A stretch of DNA of 64,000 nucleotides from Prionailurus viverrinus (Eukaryota), in assembly GCF_022837055.1 (NCBI RefSeq), contig NC_062561.1, forward strand, positions 680,715-744,714, in the 5' to 3' direction. The notes below the pieces were generated by a model, which saw only the letters and a list, made by a program, of their open reading frames with translations, searched no databases and was not told the origin of the DNA. Each line of letters opens with the position of its first letter. The first letter of the stretch is position 1. This document shows, in pieces, positions 47,447 to 58,699 of the stretch. The position numbers and the translations under genes are program-made.

Positions 47447-49062
47447 TTAGTCTATTTTTATATGTAATGCTTAAGATTTTATATGTAATGCTTAAAAAAA
47501 AGAACACACTAAATTAAACAGTCCCCGTATTTTCTTTTGTCTCTGCTGATTTTCTTTGTGAAATAATGGATTGGTTTTGTTGTTTTATTTTAAAATTTTA
47601 TTTAATTCTTTTTTCCTGTATTAAGAAGATGAGGTCTGGCAAAATCAACAGCAGAGTGCACACAACAAACACTTACCTACTGAAGTGCCAGGCCTTGGGC
47701 AGTGTATGACCCGTTTTAGTATAGTAGTACTCTCAGCTGCAAGACATGCTTTTCAAACACGCAAAAGACAGAAACTTAGCCAACATGACAAGATGGAACA
47801 ATTCTCCCCAAAAGAAGAGTCAAGAAGAAATCACAGCCAAAGACTTGCTCAGAACAGATATAAACAATATATCTGAACAAGAATTTAAAACAACAGTCAT
47901 AAGACTAATACCTGGACTTGAAAAAAAACATAAAGCATAGAAGATACCAGAGAAAGCCTTGCTGCAGAGATCAAAGACCTAAGAACTAGTCAGGATGAAT
48001 TTAAAAACGCTATAGCTGAGATGCAAAATAAACTAGATACAGTGACAGCAAGGATTGAAGAAGCAGAGGAGAGAATAGGTGAAATAGAAGATAAACTTGT
48101 GGAAAATAATGAAGCTGGAAAAAAAAGGGAAAGGAAATTACTAGATCACAAGGGGAGAATTAGAGAACTGAGTCCATGAAATGAAACAATATCCATATCA
48201 TAGGAGTTCAAGAAGAAGGAGAGAGAAAAGGGGGAACAAGGTTTATTTGAACAAATTACAGCTGAGAACTGTCCTAATCTGGGGAAGGAAACAGGCATCT
48301 AAGTCCAACAGGCACAGAGAACTCCCTTCAAAATCAACAGTAACAGGTCAACACCATGACATATCATAGTGAAACTTGCAAAATACAAAGATAAAGAGAA
48401 AATTCTGAAAGCAGCTAGAGATACAAGGTCCTTAACCTACAAGATTATACATATAAGGTTAGTAGCAGACCTGTCCACTGAACCTTGGCAGGCCAGAAGG
48501 GAGTGGCAGGAAATATTCAATATGCTGAATAGGAAAAATATGCAGCCAAGAAGCCTTTATCCAGCAAGGCTGTCATTCAGAATAGGAGAGATAAAGACTT
48601 TCCCAGACAAACAAAAACTGAAGGATTTCATGACCACTAAACCAGCCCTGCAAGAAATTCTAAGGGAGACTGTCAGAGTGGAAAGCAGCAACGACTATAA
48701 AGGACCAGAAAACATCACCAGAAACACGCAATCTACAGATAACGCAATGGCACTAAATTCATATCTTTCAGTAATCACTCTGAATGTAAATGGACTAAAT
48801 GCCACAAACAAAAGACAAAGGAGTCAGAATGGATAAAAAACAAGATACATCTATATGCTGCCTACAAGAGACTCATTTTAGACCTGAGGACACCTACATT
48901 GAAAATGAGGGGATGGAGAATCATCTATCATGCTTCTGGATGGCAAAAGAAAGCTAGAGTGGCCATGCTTATATCAGACAAACTAGATTTGAAAACAGAG
49001 ATGAAGAAGAGCATTATATTATAATTAAGGGCTCTATCCATCAAGAAGAGCTAACAATTGTA

Positions 49063-49230
49063 GGGACACCTGGGTGGCTCAGTCGGTTAAGCATCCAACT
49101 TCGTTTGGCTCAGGTCATGATCTCACGGCTCGTGGTTTCGAGCCCCACGTTGGGTTCTGTGCTGACAGCTCAGAGCCTGGAGCCTGCTTCGGATTCTGTG
49201 TCCCCCTCTCTCTGCCCCTGTCCCACTCAT

Positions 49231-49277
<47 letters not shown>

Positions 49278-49308
49278 AACAAATAAACATCAAAAAAAAA
49301 TTTTTTTA
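49063..49308 (+). mobile_element. CAN-SINE inserted in L1 ORF2. 19-bp TSD agaagagctaacaattgta. (TC)n of about 45 bp.
   Basis: GGGACACCTGGGTGGCTCAGTCGGTTAAGCATCCAACTTCGTTTGGCTCAGGTCATGATCTCACGGCTCGTGGTTTCGAGCCCCACGTTGGG... The TSD is at 49044-49062 and 49309-49327. Confidence 0.92.
49238..49276 (+). repeat. (TC)n microsatellite in a SINE tail
   Basis: ctctctctctctctctctctctctctctctctctctctc. Confidence 0.9.
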
Positions 49309-49602
49309 AAGAAGAGCTAACAATTGTAAATATTTATGCCCCTGACTTGGAATAACCCAGATATATAAATCAATTAATCACAAACATAAACCCATTGATA
49401 ATAATACCATTATTGTAGGAGACTTTAATACTCCACTTACAACAATGGACAGATCATCTAGACAGAAAATCAACATGGTAACAAAGCCTCTGAATGACAT
49501 ACTGGACCAGATGGACTTAACAGATATATTCAGAACGTTTCCTCCTAAAGCAACAGAATACATATTCTTCTAAAGTGCACATGGAACATTCTCCAGAATA
49601 GA

Positions 49603-49742
49603 TCACGGTCTGTGAGTTCAAGCCCCGCATTAGGCTCTCTGCTGATAACTCAGAGCCTGGAGACTGCTTCAGATTCTGTGTCTTCCTCTCTCTCTGCCCC
49701 TCCCCAACTTGTGCTCTGTCTCTCTCTCAAAAATAAACATTA
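49603..49742 (+). mobile_element. CAN-SINE 3' half (5'-truncated) abutting L1 ORF2 sequence
   Basis: Starts mid-element at CACGGTCTGTGAGTTCAAGCCCCGCATTAGGCTCTCTGCTGATAACTCAGAGCCTGGAGACTGCTTC...CTCAAAAATAAACATTA. Confidence 0.75.
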
Positions 49743-49953
49743 GGGGCGCCTGGGTGGCGCAGTCCGTTAAGCGTCCGACTTCAGCCAGGTCACGATCTCG
49801 CGGTCCCTGAGTTCGAGCCCCGCGTCGGGCTCTGGGCTGATGGCTCAGAGCCTGGAGCCTGTTTCCGATTCTGTGTCTCCCTCTCTCTCTGCCCCTCCCC
49901 CGTTCATGCTCTGTCTCTCTCTGTCCCAAAAATAAATAAACGTTGAAAAAAAA
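49743..49953 (+). mobile_element. Young CAN-SINE subfamily copy inserted into the A-rich tail of the preceding SINE fragment. TSD aaataaacatta.
   Basis: GGGGCGCCTGGGTGGCGCAGTCCGTTAAGCGTCCGACTTCAGCCAGGTCACGATCTCGCGGTCCCTGAGTTCGAGCCCCGCGTCGGGCTCTGGGCTGATGGCTC... The TSD is at about 49731-49742 and 49953-49964. Confidence 0.92.
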
Positions 49954-52335
49954 ATAAACATTAAAAAAATTGTCCTGGGCCAGATGGCTTCCCAGGGGAT
50001 ATCTACCAGACATTTAAAGAAGAGTTAATACCTGTTCTCCTCAAACTGTTCCAAAAAATAGAAATGGAAGGGAAGCTTCCAAACTCATTCTATGAAGTCA
50101 GCATTACCTGATTCCAAAGCAGATGAAGACCCAACAAAAAAGGAGAACTACAGGCCAATATCCCTGTTAAACCTGGATGCAAAAATTGTCAACAAGATAC
50201 TAGCAAATTGAATCCAACAGTATATCAAAAGAACCTTCCACCATGATCTAGTGGAATTTATTCCTGGGCTGTAGGGCTGGTCCAATATTTACAAATCAAT
50301 CAATGTGATACACCACATTAATAAAAGAAAGGATAAGAAATACATAATCCTTTCAATAGTTGCAGAAAAAGCATTTGACAAAATACACCATCCTTTATTA
50401 ATAAAAACCCTCAAGAAAGTAGGGACAGAAGGAACATGGCTTTATATCATAAAAGGCACATATGAATGGCCCATAGCTAATATCATCCTCAGTGGGGAAA
50501 ACCTGAGGACTTTCCCCCTAGGGTCAGGAAAATGAAGCAATGTCCACTCTCATGCCTGTTGTTCAATATAGTGTTGGAAGTCCTAGCCTCAGCAATCACT
50601 CACCAAAAAGAAATAAAAGGCATACAAATTGGCAGATGACATGATACTACATGGAAAACCCTAAAGACTCACTAAAAAACTGCTAGAGCTGATACATGAA
50701 TTCAGCAACATCGTAGGATATAAAATCAATGTACAGAAATAGGTTGCATTTCTCTACATCAGTAATGAGGCAGCATAAAAAGATATCAAGGAATCAATCC
50801 CATTTACAATTGTACCAAAAAACCATAAGATACCTAGAAATAAACCTAATCAAAGAGGTAAATGATCTGTATGCTGAAAACTGTAGAAAGCTTATGAAAA
50901 AAATCAAAGAATATTGCACTTCAAGCTGCATTACAAAGCTGTAATCATCAAGACATTATGGTACTGGCATAAAAACAGACACTCAGATCAGTGAAACAGA
51001 ATAGAAAACCCAGAAATGGACCCACAAACATAGGGCCAACTAATCTTTGATAAAGCAGGAAAAAATATCCAATGGAATAAAGACAGTCTCTTCAGCAAGT
51101 GATGCTGGGAAAACTGAACAGCGACATGCAGAAGAATGAAACTGGAACATTTTCTTACACCATACACAAAAATAAACTCAAAATGGATGAAAGACCTAAA
51201 TGTAAGACAGGAAGCCATCAAAATCCTTGAGGAGAAAGCAGGTAAAAACCTCTTTGGCCTGCGCTGCAGCAACTTCTTACTCAACACGTCTCCAGAGGCA
51301 AGGGAAACAAAAGCAAAAATGAGCTATTGGGACCTCATTAAAATAAAAAGCTTCTGCACAGCGAAGGAAACAATCAGCAAAACTATAAGGCAACTGGCGG
51401 AATGGGAGAAGATATTTGCAATCGACATATCAGATAAAGGGTTAGTATCCAAAATCTATAAAGAACCTATCAAACTCAAAACACCCCCAAAACAAATAAT
51501 CCAGTGAAGAAATGGGCAAAAGAGGTGAATAGACACTTCTCCAAAGAAGACATCCAGATGGCAAACCAACACATGAAAAAATGCTCAACATCACTCATCA
51601 TCAGGGAAATATAAATCGAAACCACAATGAGATACCACCTCACCCCTCTCAGAATGGCTAACATTAACAACTCTGGCAACAACAGATGTTGGCGAGGATG
51701 CGGAGAAAGAGGATCTCTTTTGCACTGCTGGTGGGAATGCAAACTGGTGCAGCCACTCTGGAAAACAGGATGGAGGTTCCTCAAAAAATTAAAAATAGAA
51801 CTACCCTATGACCCAGCATTTGCACTACCAGGTATTTATACAAGGGATACAGGTATGCTGTTTAGAAGGAACACATGCACCCCAGTGTTTATAGCAGCAC
51901 TATCAGCAATAGCCAAAGTATGAAAAGAACCCAAATGTCCATTGATGGATGAATGGCTAAAGAAGATGTGGTATATATACAATGGAGTATTACTTGGGAA
52001 TCAAAAAGAATGAAATCTTGCCATTTGCAACTAGGTGGATGGAACTAGAGGGCATTATGCTAAGCAAAATTAGTCAGTCAGAGAAAGACAAATATCATAT
52101 GACTTCACTCATATGAGGACTTTAAGAGACAAAACAGATGAACATAAGGAAAGGGAAGCAAAACTAATATAAAAACAACGAGGGAGACAAAACATAAGAG
52201 ACTCTTAAGTATAGAGAACAGAGGGTTACTGGAAGGATTGTGGGAGTGGGGATGGGCTAAGTGGGCAAGGGGCATTAAGGAATCTACTTCTGAAATCATT
52301 GTTGCACTATATGATAACTAACTTGAATGTAAATC

Positions 52336-53495
52336 AAAAAAATAAATTAAGAAAAAAATTGAAGACAAAAAGAAATGGAAAAGCATTCCATTCTCATGGA
52401 TTGGAAGAACAAATATTGTTAAAATGTCAATACTACCCAAAGCAATCTACACATTCAGTGCAATCCCAATCAAAATTGCACAGGCATTCTCCTCAAAGCT
52501 AGAACAAACAATCCTAAAATTTTTATGGAACCACAAAAGACCCTGAATACCCCAAGTTATGTTGAAAAAGAAAACCAAAGTGGGAAGCATAACAATTCTG
52601 GGCTTTAAGCTATATTATAAAGCTGTAATTATCAAGATAGTATTGTACTGGCACAAAAACAGATACATAGAATACTGGAATAGAATAGAGAACCCAGAAA
52701 TGGACCAACAAATATATGGCCAACTAATCTTTGACAAAGCAGGAAAGAGTACCCAATGGAAAAGAGACAGTCTCTCCAGCAAATGGTGCTGGGAAAATGG
52801 GACAGTGACATGTAGAGGAATGAAACTGGAATGCTTTCTTACACCATACACAGATATAAACTCAAAATGGATGAAAGACTTAAGTGTGAGACAGGAAACC
52901 ATCAAAATCATACAGGAGAAAACAGGCAGCACATCTTTGACCTTGGGTACAGCAATTTTCTACTTGATATGTCTCTGGAAGCAAGGGAAATAAAAGCAAA
53001 GATGAACTATTGGGACCTCATCAAAATAAAAACCTAATGCACAGCGAAGGAAACAATCAACAAAACTAACAACAAAACGGGAGAAGGCAACCAACAGCGA
53101 ACGGGAGAAGATATTTGCAAATGATATATTGGATAAAGGGTTAGTGTCCAAAATTATAAAGAACTTAACCAAACTCAGCACCCAGAAAACAAATAATCCA
53201 GTGAAGAAATGGGAAGAAGACATGAAGAGACACTTTTTCAAAGAAGACATCCAGATGGCTAACAGACACATGAAAAGATGTTCAACATCACTCATCATCG
53301 GGGAAATACAAATCAAAACCACAATGAGATACCACCTCACACCTGTCAGAATGCCTAAAATTTAACAACCCAAGAAACAATAGATGTTGGTAAGGATGCA
53401 GAGAAAGGGGAACCCTTTTGCACTGTTGTTGGGAATGCAAACTGGTGCAGCCCCTCTGGAAAACAGTATGGAGGTTCCTCTAAAAATTCAAAATA
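52336..53495 (+). mobile_element. L1 ORF2 fragment (RT C-terminal half through the [11 protein letters not shown] region), 3'-truncated where the tandem SINE pair begins
   Basis: Track ORFs 52559..52993 and 53129..53365 (...[33 protein letters not shown]...). Confidence 0.8.
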
Positions 53496-53675
53496 GGGGA
53501 GCCTGAGTGGCTCAATCAGTTAAACGTCTGACTTCAGCTCAGGTCACGATCTCAGGGTTCGATCCCCATGTCTGGCTCTGTGCTGACAGCTCTGAGCCTG
53601 GAGCCTGCTTCGGATTCTGTGTCTCCCTCTCTCTGCCCCTCCCCTGCTCACTCTTCTTCTCTCTCAAAAATAAAC
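53496..53675 (+). mobile_element. CAN-SINE (first of a tandem pair), truncating L1 ORF2
   Basis: GGGGAGCCTGAGTGGCTCAATCAGTTAAACGTCTGACTTCAGCTCAGGTCACGATCTCAGGGTTCGATCCCCATGTCTGGCTC... Confidence 0.85.
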
Positions 53676-53676
53676 A

Positions 53677-53905
53677 GGGACTGGGTGGCTCAGTTGGTTA
53701 AGCAGCTGACTTTGGCTCAGGTCATGATCTCATGGTTCATGAGTTTGAGCCCCGCATCAGGCTTTGTGCTGACAGCTCAGAACCTGGAGCCTGCTTCGGA
53801 TTCTGTGTCTCCCTCGCTCTCTCTGCCCCTCCCCCACTCACACTCACTCCGTGTCTCAAAACTGAATAAACATTTAAAAAATTCAAAAATAAACATTAAA
53901 ATTTT
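53677..53905 (+). mobile_element. CAN-SINE (second of the tandem pair)
   Basis: GGGACTGGGTGGCTCAGTTGGTTAAGCAGCTGACTTTGGCTCAGGTCATGATCTCATGGTTCATGAGTTTGAGCCCCGCATCAGGC...AAACTGAATAAACATTTAAAAAA. Confidence 0.85.
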
Positions 53906-53937
53906 TTGTAAATGTGTAGACAGAAGAAAAGACAACA

Positions 53938-54032
53938 TATGCATAGGTAAGGTATATACAAAGTATACATATATATATATACACGTATATATATATACAT
54001 ACACACAACATATGCATATGTAAGGTATATAC
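53938..54032 (+). repeat. (TA)n/(CA)n-rich simple repeat
   Basis: aaggtatatacaaagtatacatatatatatatacacgtatatatatatacatacacacaacatatgcatatgtaaggtatatacaa. Confidence 0.85.
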
Positions 54033-54982
54033 AAAAGAAGAAAAGTGCATTTAATTGATTAAGCAAGGACTTGGAAGGAAGAACACACGATATGTAGAAA
54101 CTAACTTTGCAAAACAACCACCACAACCAAAGGAGCGTACATCATGAGAATGTAAATTGAAAGATCCAAATAGTGTTTACGTCTGAAAATCTGGGGAGCT
54201 GAGGAACAGGGAGTTGGAGGACATATATAAGATGGCTTCAATTTTATAATATGTTATTTCTTCTAAAGAAAAGAGAGGAATTTGAAGCAGATGTGGGAAA
54301 ATGATAAAAGTTGACAAGCTACACAGTTCTCTTTTCTGTATGCTTAAAAGATTTCATAATAAAAAAACATTAAGTGGCTATGTTGTAGTGATGCTAACAG
54401 GGCTACGTATCAAAATCTAAGATGGAAACACAGATAATTTACCTGGGAAACTCGCACACAACTCACTGTGAACTCTAATGATGATGAAGATTGCAGGGGA
54501 GGAAAATAACTCTTCTTACCCCCTTCTAGGTTCTTGGCTGAGACACCCTATGATAAAAAATTAACAAGAGAAAAACCAACCATTTTAATTATGTACACAC
54601 ACATATATACCTGTACAAAAGGGAGTCCCACAAAGATGGGAGACTCGCAGGCATCCAGGCACTGAGCTGAGGAAATGGAGAGGGGTCTGGGCAAGTGGGG
54701 GAGGGGCAGGGATGATTCACAGGAAGGTGCTTGATAAACAAATGTTGACTTACCATGTAGGTTAGTCTCTTATGTGAAAAACTAGTCTCTGGTAATAGCT
54801 CTCTTCCTGATATAAGCCTCCTTTCTAATTTCTTTAGGCCGTTAGGTGGGAGGTAAAAAGCTTTTTGTGAGTTCGCTGGATCTTGATTGCCTTCAGCTCA
54901 AGATTATCCACATCCAAAAGTAGCATGTTCTGGGGTGGCTTGTTCTGAACCCACTCAAGATAGATGTTAAAAGTTTAGTTTC

Positions 54983-55229
54983 GGGGCACCTGGGTGGCTC
55001 AGTCAGTTGAGCATCCGACTTCGGCTCAGGTCATGATCTCAGTTTGTGAGTTCAAGCCCCACGTCAGACTCTCACAGTCCGTGAGTTCAAGCCCCACGTC
55101 AGGCTCTGTGCTGACAGCTCAGAGCCTGGAGCCTGCTTCGGATTCTGTGTCTCCCTCTCTCTCTGCCCCTCCACCACTCATGCTCTGTCTCTCTCTGTGT
55201 CAAAAATAAATAAAGATTAAAAAAAAAAG
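54983..55229 (+). mobile_element. CAN-SINE with an internal tandem duplication of about 33 bp covering the B-box region. TSD aaagtttagtttc.
   Basis: ...GTTTGTGAGTTCAAGCCCCACGTCAGACTCTCACAGTCCGTGAGTTCAAGCCCCACGTCAGGCTCTGTGCTGAC... The TSD is at 54970-54982 and 55227-55239. Confidence 0.9.
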
Positions 55230-56220
55230 TTTAGTTTCATGAAATGTGAGATTGAAAAAATAACAATACTTGAAGTCTAATTTTTGTATCAAGTGATTTC
55301 AAATACATGATTTGCATTTAGAAAATTAAAATGGGTTCTTATTTTCTGGCTCACTATATAAAAACATTCATTTTCAATTGTATTTTATAGTAAAATTTCT
55401 TGGTTTGGGTAAATAACACTCGTTACCTCTAGTAGTGTTAAAATAATCAGAATAATTTGGATGATCCAAAAAATGTTTATTTTACATTTCCTGAAGCTGG
55501 TACTCTCTACCCTCAAGAGTCCAGAGAACTACAAAGTAAGGGGACTGGGCTGCAAGCTTTTATAGAAAGAGGCAAGTGGGAAGAAGGAAGGAAGAAGTAC
55601 TCGGCTTATATTGATTGACTAGGGTTGCCTTTCTGGCCTTATTCAGAAACGTCAAGGAACAGGGTAGTGAGTATCGCATCCAGGTTGGCTTGGTGTTGGG
55701 GGATTGGCTGACTGGATATACCTTTTTTGTTTCTGATCAAGGCGAGTTTTTACAGGGACACAAAAGCTTTGGTTCACTGTCATGACACCCCGGGCAGTAG
55801 TGGCTCCATCTTAGGCCTAGAAATTTATTTCAGTGGTACTAATCACTAGAAATAATTTGATATACCGACTTAGCCAGCCATATCAATTGTTCATCTGTTG
55901 TATATTTAGTTTACTCCTCTGAGGTATTTGTAGCAGGAGCCTAAGAACTGAATTTCTTTCACCAACTTCATGCGTCTCTGGTTATTAAAGATGGCAAAGG
56001 ATCGGAGCTGTGGCTCTAACTGCTTCCTAACAATGGTCAGGGTGCTATGGTGCTTGTTTCATTCATCCTCTTTTGTTATTTACATAGCAGGCTAATTTAT
56101 GATCTGCTAATGTACCATGGTTTATGGTTTGCTAATGTATTATTTCATAGCGCTTTCATAAATGGGCACGGTTTGAGATGCAGAATTTACAACAGATACA
56201 AAAGAGTTTTCCACTTTCAG

Positions 56221-56353
56221 GTATAAAAGGAAGCGAGCGTCTCCTGGACCTGATCGCCACATTTCTGGTACTGCAGTTTCTTCGTACCAAGTTGGAACAA
56301 AAGGGAATAGTCTTCAAATCACTGATGAAGTTGGATGATGCTTCCATTTCCAG
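56221..56353 (+). CDS. PARP4: PARP4 coding exon. Translates (G)IKGSERLLDLIATFLVLQFLRTKLEQKGIVFKSLMKLDDASIS(R)
   Basis: Acceptor ccactttcag|GT and donor CCAG|gtgact. Matches human VKGRECLLDLIATMLVLQFIRTRLEKEGIVFKSLMKMDDPSISR. The preceding intron is about 21.3 kb. Confidence 0.88.
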
Positions 56354-56795
56354 GTGACTTTAATTATTGCACTAAGTAACTCATTTATATTTCTAACCAT
56401 TTCTTGACTAAATTTTACAAGAAGCTACATGGAATTGTAAGAACAAAGAGAATTTATTCACAGGGAGTATCTTGCCTGCACTATTCTGTCATTGGCAGGG
56501 CAGACACAGTGTTTTTGCCTCTTGGGTTCCAGGAAAAACCAGGGCTCAGGGAGTTAAGTGTAGCTTATACTGGAGCTCAGATCTATGGCTCCTGGTTTAG
56601 TGTTCTTTTCACTATGGTATATTGATTAAATGTGCTTTTGGAAAATCTGCAATACGATTGTTAGGACCAGTCCTGTTCCCAACAGTTTCGGGCCTGGCAC
56701 AAGAATATAGGTGGAAACCCACATACTATCTGTCTAAGTATTTAAAAATTATAAATGAAACTAGCAAACTGTCAAATAAAATATGTTTGTTGTTT

Positions 56796-57018
56796 TTTTT
56801 TTAATTTTTTTTTAACGTTTATTTATTTTTTGAGACAGAGAGAGACAGAGCACGAACAGGGGAGGGGCAGAGAGAGAGGGAGACACAGAATCTGAAACAG
56901 GCTCCAGGCTCTGAGCTGTCAGCACAGAGCCCGACGTGGGGCTTGAACTCACGGACCGTGAGATCATGGCCTGGGCTGAAGTCGGACGCATAACTGACCA
57001 AGCCACCCAGGCGCCCCT
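56796..57018 (-). mobile_element. CAN-SINE (SINEC_Fc-like). TSD taaaatatgttt.
   Basis: On the + strand: T-run, AACGTTTATTTATTTTTTGAGACAGAGAGAGACAGAGCACGAACAGGGGAGGGGCAGAG...GAGCCCGACGTGGGGCTTGAACTCACGGACCGTGAGATCATGGCC...AAGCCACCCAGGCGCCCC. Flanking repeats at about 56776-56789 and 57019-57030. Confidence 0.9.
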
Positions 57019-57694
57019 AAAATATGTTTTAAAGTCCTGCCTTGGCAAATACAACTTCATGAAGACTGGGTTTAAATTTAGAATTCTGTGACCACTTGGA
57101 AGTTTTATGCCATAATGTGACAGAGTGGAGAGAGACAGTTCTGGGACCCTGGCTTCTAGCCCTTGGGCTGACCTCAGGCCCCACAAGAGGCCTTGAGCCT
57201 CCGTGTGAATACTTTCCTTACTTCCCAAAACTTCGTCCATACCCCATGCAAATGGTCACCCCGTATGTGTGTGTATATACACAGAATATACATACATGCA
57301 CATAACACACATACATACATATGTAATTTGCTTATGCCTTTTTAAAAAGGCAAGATAAGTGGGAAAACTAGCAAAATTTATAAAAATACTATCTATAAGG
57401 AAAGGGGGAGGAGACAAGCTACGTTCTTCCTACTATATCTTGTTTTACCTTTTTGACTTTGAAACTATGTAGATATTTTGCATCATAAAGTCCATGTACC
57501 AGGGAAGAGGTATTAAACATGTTAAATTATACCATGGACTGCAATCAGCAGCATCTGGAGTGTGAGGAAATAAATGGCAAAAGACAAAAGGCAAGGGGTG
57601 GAAGCTATAAGTTACAGGACACATGCCCCAAAGGCAATGTGAGACCTTGTTTGGATCCTGATTTGAACAAAACCCGTATTATTTTAAAAAGAGA

Positions 57695-57945
57695 GGGGCG
57701 CCTGGGTGGCGCAGTCGGTTAAGCGTCCGACTTCAGCCAGGTCACGATCTCGCGCTCTGTGAGTTCGAGCCCGGCGTCAGGCTCTGGGCTGATGGCTCAG
57801 AGCCTGGAGCCTGTTTCCGATTCTGTGTCTCCCTCTGTCTCTGCCCCTCCCCCGTTCATGCTCTGTCTCTCTCTATCCCAAAAATAAATAAACGTTGAAA
57901 AAAAAAAATTTTTTTTAAATAAAAAAAATTTAAAAAAATTTAAAA
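57695..57945 (+). mobile_element. Young CAN-SINE subfamily copy with a long, complex A/T tail. TSD aaaaagagag.
   Basis: GGGGCGCCTGGGTGGCGCAGTCGGTTAAGCGTCCGACTTCAGCCAGGTCACGATCTCGCGCTCTGTGAGTTCGAGCCCGGCGTCAGGCTCTGGGCTGATGGCTC... The TSD is at about 57685-57694 and 57946-57956. Confidence 0.9.
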
Positions 57946-57962
57946 AAAAAAAGAGAGAAAAA

Positions 57963-58182
57963 GGGGTGCCTGGGTGATGCAGTCAGTTAAGCATCTGACT
58001 TCGGCTCAGGTCATGATCTTGTAGTTCCTGAGTTCAAGCCTTGTGTTGGGCTCTGTGTTGCCAGCTCAGACCTGGAGCCTGCTTTAGATTCTGTGTCTCC
58101 CTCTCACTTTGCCCTTCCCCTGCTAGCACTCTGTCTCTCTCTGTCTCTCAAAAATGAATAAATGTTAAAAAAAAAAAATAAC
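57963..58182 (+). mobile_element. CAN-SINE (older), immediately 3' of the previous copy
   Basis: GGGGTGCCTGGGTGATGCAGTCAGTTAAGCATCTGACTTCGGCTCAGGTCATGATCTTGTAGTTCCTGAGTTCAAGCCTTGTGTTGGGC... Confidence 0.88.
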
Positions 58183-58475
58183 ACACCTTTTTTTAAAAGA
58201 GAGACAATTAAGGAGATTTAAACAGTACCTGAATGTTTTGTGATATTAAAGAATTATTTATAGCTATTTTAATGTCATGTGTAAGAAAAAGTTCTTGTCT
58301 CTTAGAGATACATATTTACAGATGAAATTAAAATAAATAATCAAACCTGTTTTTTGGGAGTTTTTATAATGTTTATTTAACACCCATGCTAGCGGGATGG
58401 TCAGTCAAAAGTTTACAGGCCAGCTGGATTAAAGGAAGGCCACTTGAATTAGTGAGAATATTTAAAACTAGTTTT

Positions 58476-58699
58476 GGAGCACCTGGGTGACTCAGTTGGC
58501 TAAACATTTGACTTTGGCTCAGGTTTCTTGAGTTTGAGCCCTGTGTTGGGCTCTGTGCTGACAGCTCAGAGCGTGGAGCCTGCTTCAGATTCTGTGTCTC
58601 CCCCTCTCTCTGCTCCTCCCCCACTCGTGCTCTGTGTGTGTGTGTGTCTCTCTCTCTCAAAAAAATGAATAAACATTAAAAAAAATTTTTTAATAAATA
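58476..58699 (+). mobile_element. CAN-SINE (divergent, B-box region partly deleted). TSD aaaactagttttg.
   Basis: GGAGCACCTGGGTGACTCAGTTGGCTAAACATTTGACTTTGGCTCAGGTTTCTTGAGTTTGAGCCCTGTGTTGGGC..., (TG)n, AATGAATAAACATTAAAAAAAA. Flanking repeats at about 58463-58475 and 58700-58712. Confidence 0.85.

Larger units (their letters stand above)
47690..52335 (+). mobile_element. 5'-truncated, relatively young carnivore L1. It has the 5' UTR end, ORF1 (about 47746-48840, frameshifted) and ORF2 (about 48900-52100, multiple disruptions), ending in a 3' UTR at about 52330. It carries SINE insertions at 49063-49308 and 49603-49953.
   Basis: The track ORFs at 47746..47940 (MLFKHAKDRNLANMTRWNNSPQKK...), 48369..48836 (MKLAKYKDKEKILKAARD...LSVITLNVNGLNATNKRQR), 50305..50535, 51136..51507 and 51627..51923 are collinear with L1 ORF1 and ORF2. 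Confidence 0.85.
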
